Shown one piece after another: positions 59,612 to 64,000 of a DNA stretch of 64,000 nucleotides (position 1 is its first letter; each line of letters opens with the position of its first letter). The translations under genes were made by a program, and so were the position numbers. Source of the stretch: Mobula hypostoma (taxonomy: Eukaryota); NCBI RefSeq assembly GCF_963921235.1, contig NC_086097.1, forward strand, positions 20,524,001 to 20,588,000. Direction: 5' to 3'. The notes below the pieces were generated by a model that did not search any database, was not told the DNA's origin, and worked only from the letters and a program-made list of their open reading frames with translations.

Positions 59612-59966
59612 TTAAGAGAAATGACTGAAAAGAGTAAATCGGACTTAAAGGTAAAATGAAAACTGGTAACTGAAAATAAACTAGGCGGAATAACTTGAAT
59701 GATAGCAATTTGGTCGAGACATAAACAGGAGAAAATTCTCTATGATTATTCAAACTGCTGAGGGCCCTCTAACACAGGGTGAAGATAGAGGTTATCCCTC
59801 TGAACTGAGGCGGGTTGGTGCTCAAGCCTCACTGGGAAGTCGGGAAAAATTTTCAAATGTTACACGTTCAAAAATGTCTAGGGTGTGGTTATATGGTTTA
59901 CTGTTGAGAAGGGATTGCTTACTGTTTGGTTAGAAAAGGAGAGTGTTTTTTTTCTACTAGAGAAAA

Positions 59967-62900
59967 ATGCAAACTGAATTGGTAAAAATAATTTCCTATA
60001 ATGTTAATGGGGTTTTGAATCCAATTTAAAAAAATAAGATTACGTCTAAATTGAAAAAAGAGAGGGCACAAATAGCTTTCCTCCAGGAAATACATATGAG
60101 CCAATCTGAACATGGAAAATTAAAAAGAATGGGCTTTAAGCATGTATTTTATTCATCATATAAATTGAGTCACAAAAGAGGGGTAGCTACTTTAATATCA
60201 AGTACTCTTAATTATGAACATATTTCAGAGACTAAAGACAAAGAAGGACGGTTTGTAAAAATCACAGGAAGAATAGAAGGTACAGAAATAACATTGCTGA
60301 ATGTTTATGCTCCTCCAGGTTGTGAATGGTCATTTTATAGACACATTTTTGACCTAATGGTCAGTTCTCAAGGGGTAGTAATTTGTGGAGGGGATTTTAA
60401 TATTAGAGTAAATCCTGTATTAGATTCTTCAAGAATAGTTCCTCAGAATAAACCTGTGACTCGGAAAATGAATTCATTGATGGAGGAGTTGGGAATTATA
60501 GATGTCTGGAGGGAATTACACCCTACTAGTAAAGATTATACACATTCCTCTTTCCCTCATTCAGCCTATTCAAGGATAGACTATTTCTTTATCTTTAATA
60601 CAGATAGACTCAGGATAAAAAACTGTAATATTGCAACAATTGATCTGTCGGATCATAGCCCAGTCTCTATGTCTCTAATCCTGGAAAGGAAAATGAGGAA
60701 AACACTATGGAGGCTAAACTCACATATACTCAATAACTCGAAAGTAATGGAGAGATTAAGGGGAGAAATCAAAGAATATCTAGACCTTAATGACAGGGGA
60801 GAAACATCACCAGTGATCTTATGGGATACATTGAAAGCTGTACTGAGAGGGAAAATTATTTCCATTACTGCTCACATGAAAAAAATCAATGCACAAAAAT
60901 TAGCAGACCTTCAAGGAAAATTAAAACAACTTCAAGTTGTAGATAGCAACAAAAGTAATTCAAATCGAAAACAGGAAATTGCAAAGTGAAATTGACGATA
61001 TTTATACGTTGGAAACTCAAAGAAATTTTCTTTACCTGAGACAAAAGAATTATGAAGTAGCAGGTAAATCAGCTAGATTATTAGCATATAAATTATGAAA
61101 ACAACAAACAGACAATACAATTCATAAAATAAAGAATCCAAAGACAAAGCTTGTGGAGAGTGCAATAGGGAAAATTCAAGAGAGTTTTGAAACATATTAT
61201 TGAGAGCTGTACTCCCAGCCCCGGGCCCCCAATGAGCCCTATATAGACAGTGTATTGAATTTTTTAGATCTACCTAAACTTACAGATTTACAAAATGAAA
61301 GTTTATTAGAACCAGTAACCGTCAAAGAACTGAACGTGGCCATCTCTAGGTTAAAGGCTGGAAAGTCCCCGGGTTCTGATGGGTTTACCTCAGAGTGGTA
61401 CAAGTCCCTGAAGACGCAGTTAGCCCCATTACTACTTAACACCTTTAATTGGATCTTGCAGAGAGGAGAAACTCCACCTTCCTGGAGAGAAGCGATTATT
61501 TCAGTTATTCCTAAAGAGGGTAAAGATAAACTAGAATGTGGCAATTAGCGGCCAGTTAGTGTTCTTAATTTAGATTACAAACTATTTACATCTATATTAG
61601 CGTGCAGATTGGAAAAGCTTTTACCTGGCCTAATCCACTTAGACCAGACTGGATTTATTCAACAAAGACAAACACAGGACAACATAAGGAGAACTCTGCA
61701 CATATTAGAACAGGTTAATAAGAACAAGACAGAGACAATGGTAGTAGGATTGGACGCTGAGAAAGCTTTTGATTCGGTTAGTTGGGCATTCCTATACAGA
61801 GTGTTAGGAAGATTCGGCTTTCAAGAAAAGTTTATTAAAGTAATTCAGACTCTATATGACAGCCCTGCAGCCCGAATTAAGATAAATGGGGACCTCTCTG
61901 ACTCCTTCATCTTAGAGAGAGGCACTAGACAGGGATGCCCAATTTCTCCTCTCCTTTTTGCGCTATATATTGAACCGCTTGCCCAACTAATAAGACAGAG
62001 CGAAATCGTAAAAGGTATCAAGGTGGCAGGGATTGAACAGAAAGTGGCGTTATTCGCAGATGATGTTTTGGTCTATCTGAGTGAACCAGAAAAATCATTT
62101 ATAGGATTGTTTACACTGTTGGATGACTTTGGGAAAATATCAGGTTATAAAATAAATGTCAAGAAAACGCAGGTTATGTCCCTAAATTATACACCATCCA
62201 AAAAATTGCAGGATACATACGATCTTAAGTGGGAAGCTAAATCATTAAAATATTTAGGAATAACCCTGCCGAAGGATCTTTCAACACTGTCACAGGTAAA
62301 TTATGGGCCATTAATCTCAGAGATAAAAGCAGATATGCATAGATGGAATCTTATCCCCTTTTTAAGTTTAAATTCAAGGATAAATACTATAAAAATGAAT
62401 ATTCTTCCTCGGTTATTGTATCTTTTCCGTACTTTACTGGTGGAGGTGGATGATAATCAATTCACGGAATGGGACAAATGGATTTCCCGTTTCATTTGGC
62501 AAGGAAAGAAACCTAGAATTCGATATAACACCTTACAGTTAGGGAAGGAAGGAGGAGGTATGGTTCTTCCTTGCCTGAGAAATTATTTTTATGCCTCACA
62601 GATAACCCCTCTGTTATATTGGTGTAATAGGGAATATAAGGCTAGATGGAAGGAAATAGAATTTGGATTAGTTGACAGTTTTCCTCTACAGGCCTCAATA
62701 GCTGACAAAGGTTTGATGGCCCAGTTGGAAAAATTTAAAAACAGTTGGATAAATCTTACATTAAAAGTATGGCAGAAGGTGGTTAATTCATGTGGAATTA
62801 ATAACATGTTAAAACTCTTTAGATGGTGTGCATATGATACCGAATTCCTTCCCAACAGAGGAGATAAAAGATTTGAGCTATGGATAAAGAAAGGTCTTAC

Positions 62901-63747
62901 AACCTACCTCTCATTTATAGATAAAAGAGTATTACAAAGTTTCCAAATCCTGCAGGACAAAGATGGCCTAGAACATAATGACTTTTTTAGGTACCTTCAA
63001 GTATGAAACTATGTTAACCAGAGTTGTAGATATACAGACCTATCAACAGTAGAATTAGAATTTTTCAAGATTCTGAATTCGGCTTGCAGTTCAATACCTA
63101 GTAAATCAGTTTCTCGCCTATATAATGCACTCTCCCATGCTAAAAATGTAAATACACTGTATATTAAAGAGAAGTGGGAGAAAGAAGCGGGGTTGATACT
63201 TTCAGAGGAGGCTTGGGGGAAAATCTGCAGCTTTCAATGGTCCTCGACTAATTCTTTGACTTGGAGAGAACATTGTTGGAAAAACATTATAAGATACTTG
63301 AAGACCCCATATCAGGAAAAATATAAAGATACAAACGTGACGTGTTGGAGAAGTTGCGGCTCCAAGGAGGCAAATCATTTTCATATTTTCTGGGATTGCC
63401 CTAAATTAAGTCTATATTGGGAAGGTATTCATAGAACATTAGTTAAGGTACTTAGGTCCCAGATACCTCTGAACTTTGAGACGCTCTATTTGGGGCATGT
63501 ATTGTTTCTTGAACAGAAGGAAGATATAAAGTTGCTGCAGGCCCTCTTAGCGGCAAGTAAGAAATCAATCACTAGAAAGTGGCTAAATCCAATACCACCT
63601 ACATTAGAAGATTGGCACGAAATTATCTTGGAAATATTTAAAATGGAAAAGTTGACTTATTCCCTGAGAATTCAAAAAGAAAAATTTTATCAAATCTGGA
63701 ATAAATGGATTGAATATATAACCCCTATGCGAGCAGACTTTAGATGA
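59967..63747 (+). pseudogene. L1 ORF2 (endonuclease/reverse transcriptase), disrupted
   Basis: [59 protein letters not shown]. Stops at 60027, 61096, 61201, 61546 and 63004, and one frameshift near 60980. Confidence 0.93.
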
Positions 63748-64000
63748 CTCTCCTAATGATTTATACTGCTCTTCTCATCAACACAGTAATATTGCTAACG
63801 TAAGCACCCCTAGTCTAAATGTCTTTTTTTTTTGTTTTCTTTTGGAAAATAGAGAATTAACACAAGTAAAGGGAAAGATTTGGGAAAGAGATAAAAAATG
63901 AAAAAATTAAATAAGTACATAGGGATTGGATAATTATGTCTGCGGGCAGGAGCAAGCATGAACAAATTAGGATATAAACACCTACAATGGTTGTTACATA

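Larger units (their letters stand above)
58491..64000 (+). mobile_element. Near-full-length L1-clade LINE (3' end runs off the window), sense within a VIPAS39 intron
   Basis: 5'UTR, L1-type ORF1, spacer, ORF2 with APE endonuclease, RT and C-terminal CCHC, then 3'UTR; interrupts a CR1 tail. Confidence 0.95.

Noticed and set aside
1..64000. Most 60-170 aa ORFs in the track as novel genes
   Set aside because: They are antisense or off-frame readings of CR1, Rex1, Tc1 and SINE debris. Only the VIPAS39 exons and transposon frames show recognisable motifs.

Overview
Eukaryotic, repeat-dense genomic DNA. The mix of CR1, Rex1/Babar-type, L1, RTE and Penelope retroelements, V-SINEs and Tc1/pogo/hAT/Harbinger transposons points to a non-mammalian vertebrate, most plausibly a cartilaginous fish (inference). 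One host gene is recognisable: VIPAS39 (SPE-39/VIPAR, the VPS33B partner) on the + strand. It has a CpG-rich promoter at ~14.2 kb and 13 coding exons (16849-58278, 1071 nt, 357 codons in one open spliced frame); its 3' exons lie beyond the window. Almost all other ORFs are transposon debris. The window ends in a near-full-length L1-clade LINE with an intact ORF1. The most notable signal is six minimal type I hammerhead-ribozyme motifs (consensus CAGTC-CTGANGA-AGGG-N6-CCC-GAAACGTC-GACTG). One sits at the 3' end of a Penelope GIY-YIG fragment. Two are stand-alone 114-135 bp insertions with their own target-site duplications. Five lie in sense orientation inside VIPAS39 introns. Also present: a GC-AG intron, four-level nested transposons, a chimeric hAT element and a possible divergent transcript. 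Repeat boundaries are approximate unless a TSD or TIR is quoted. All family calls come from motif recognition, not database searches.
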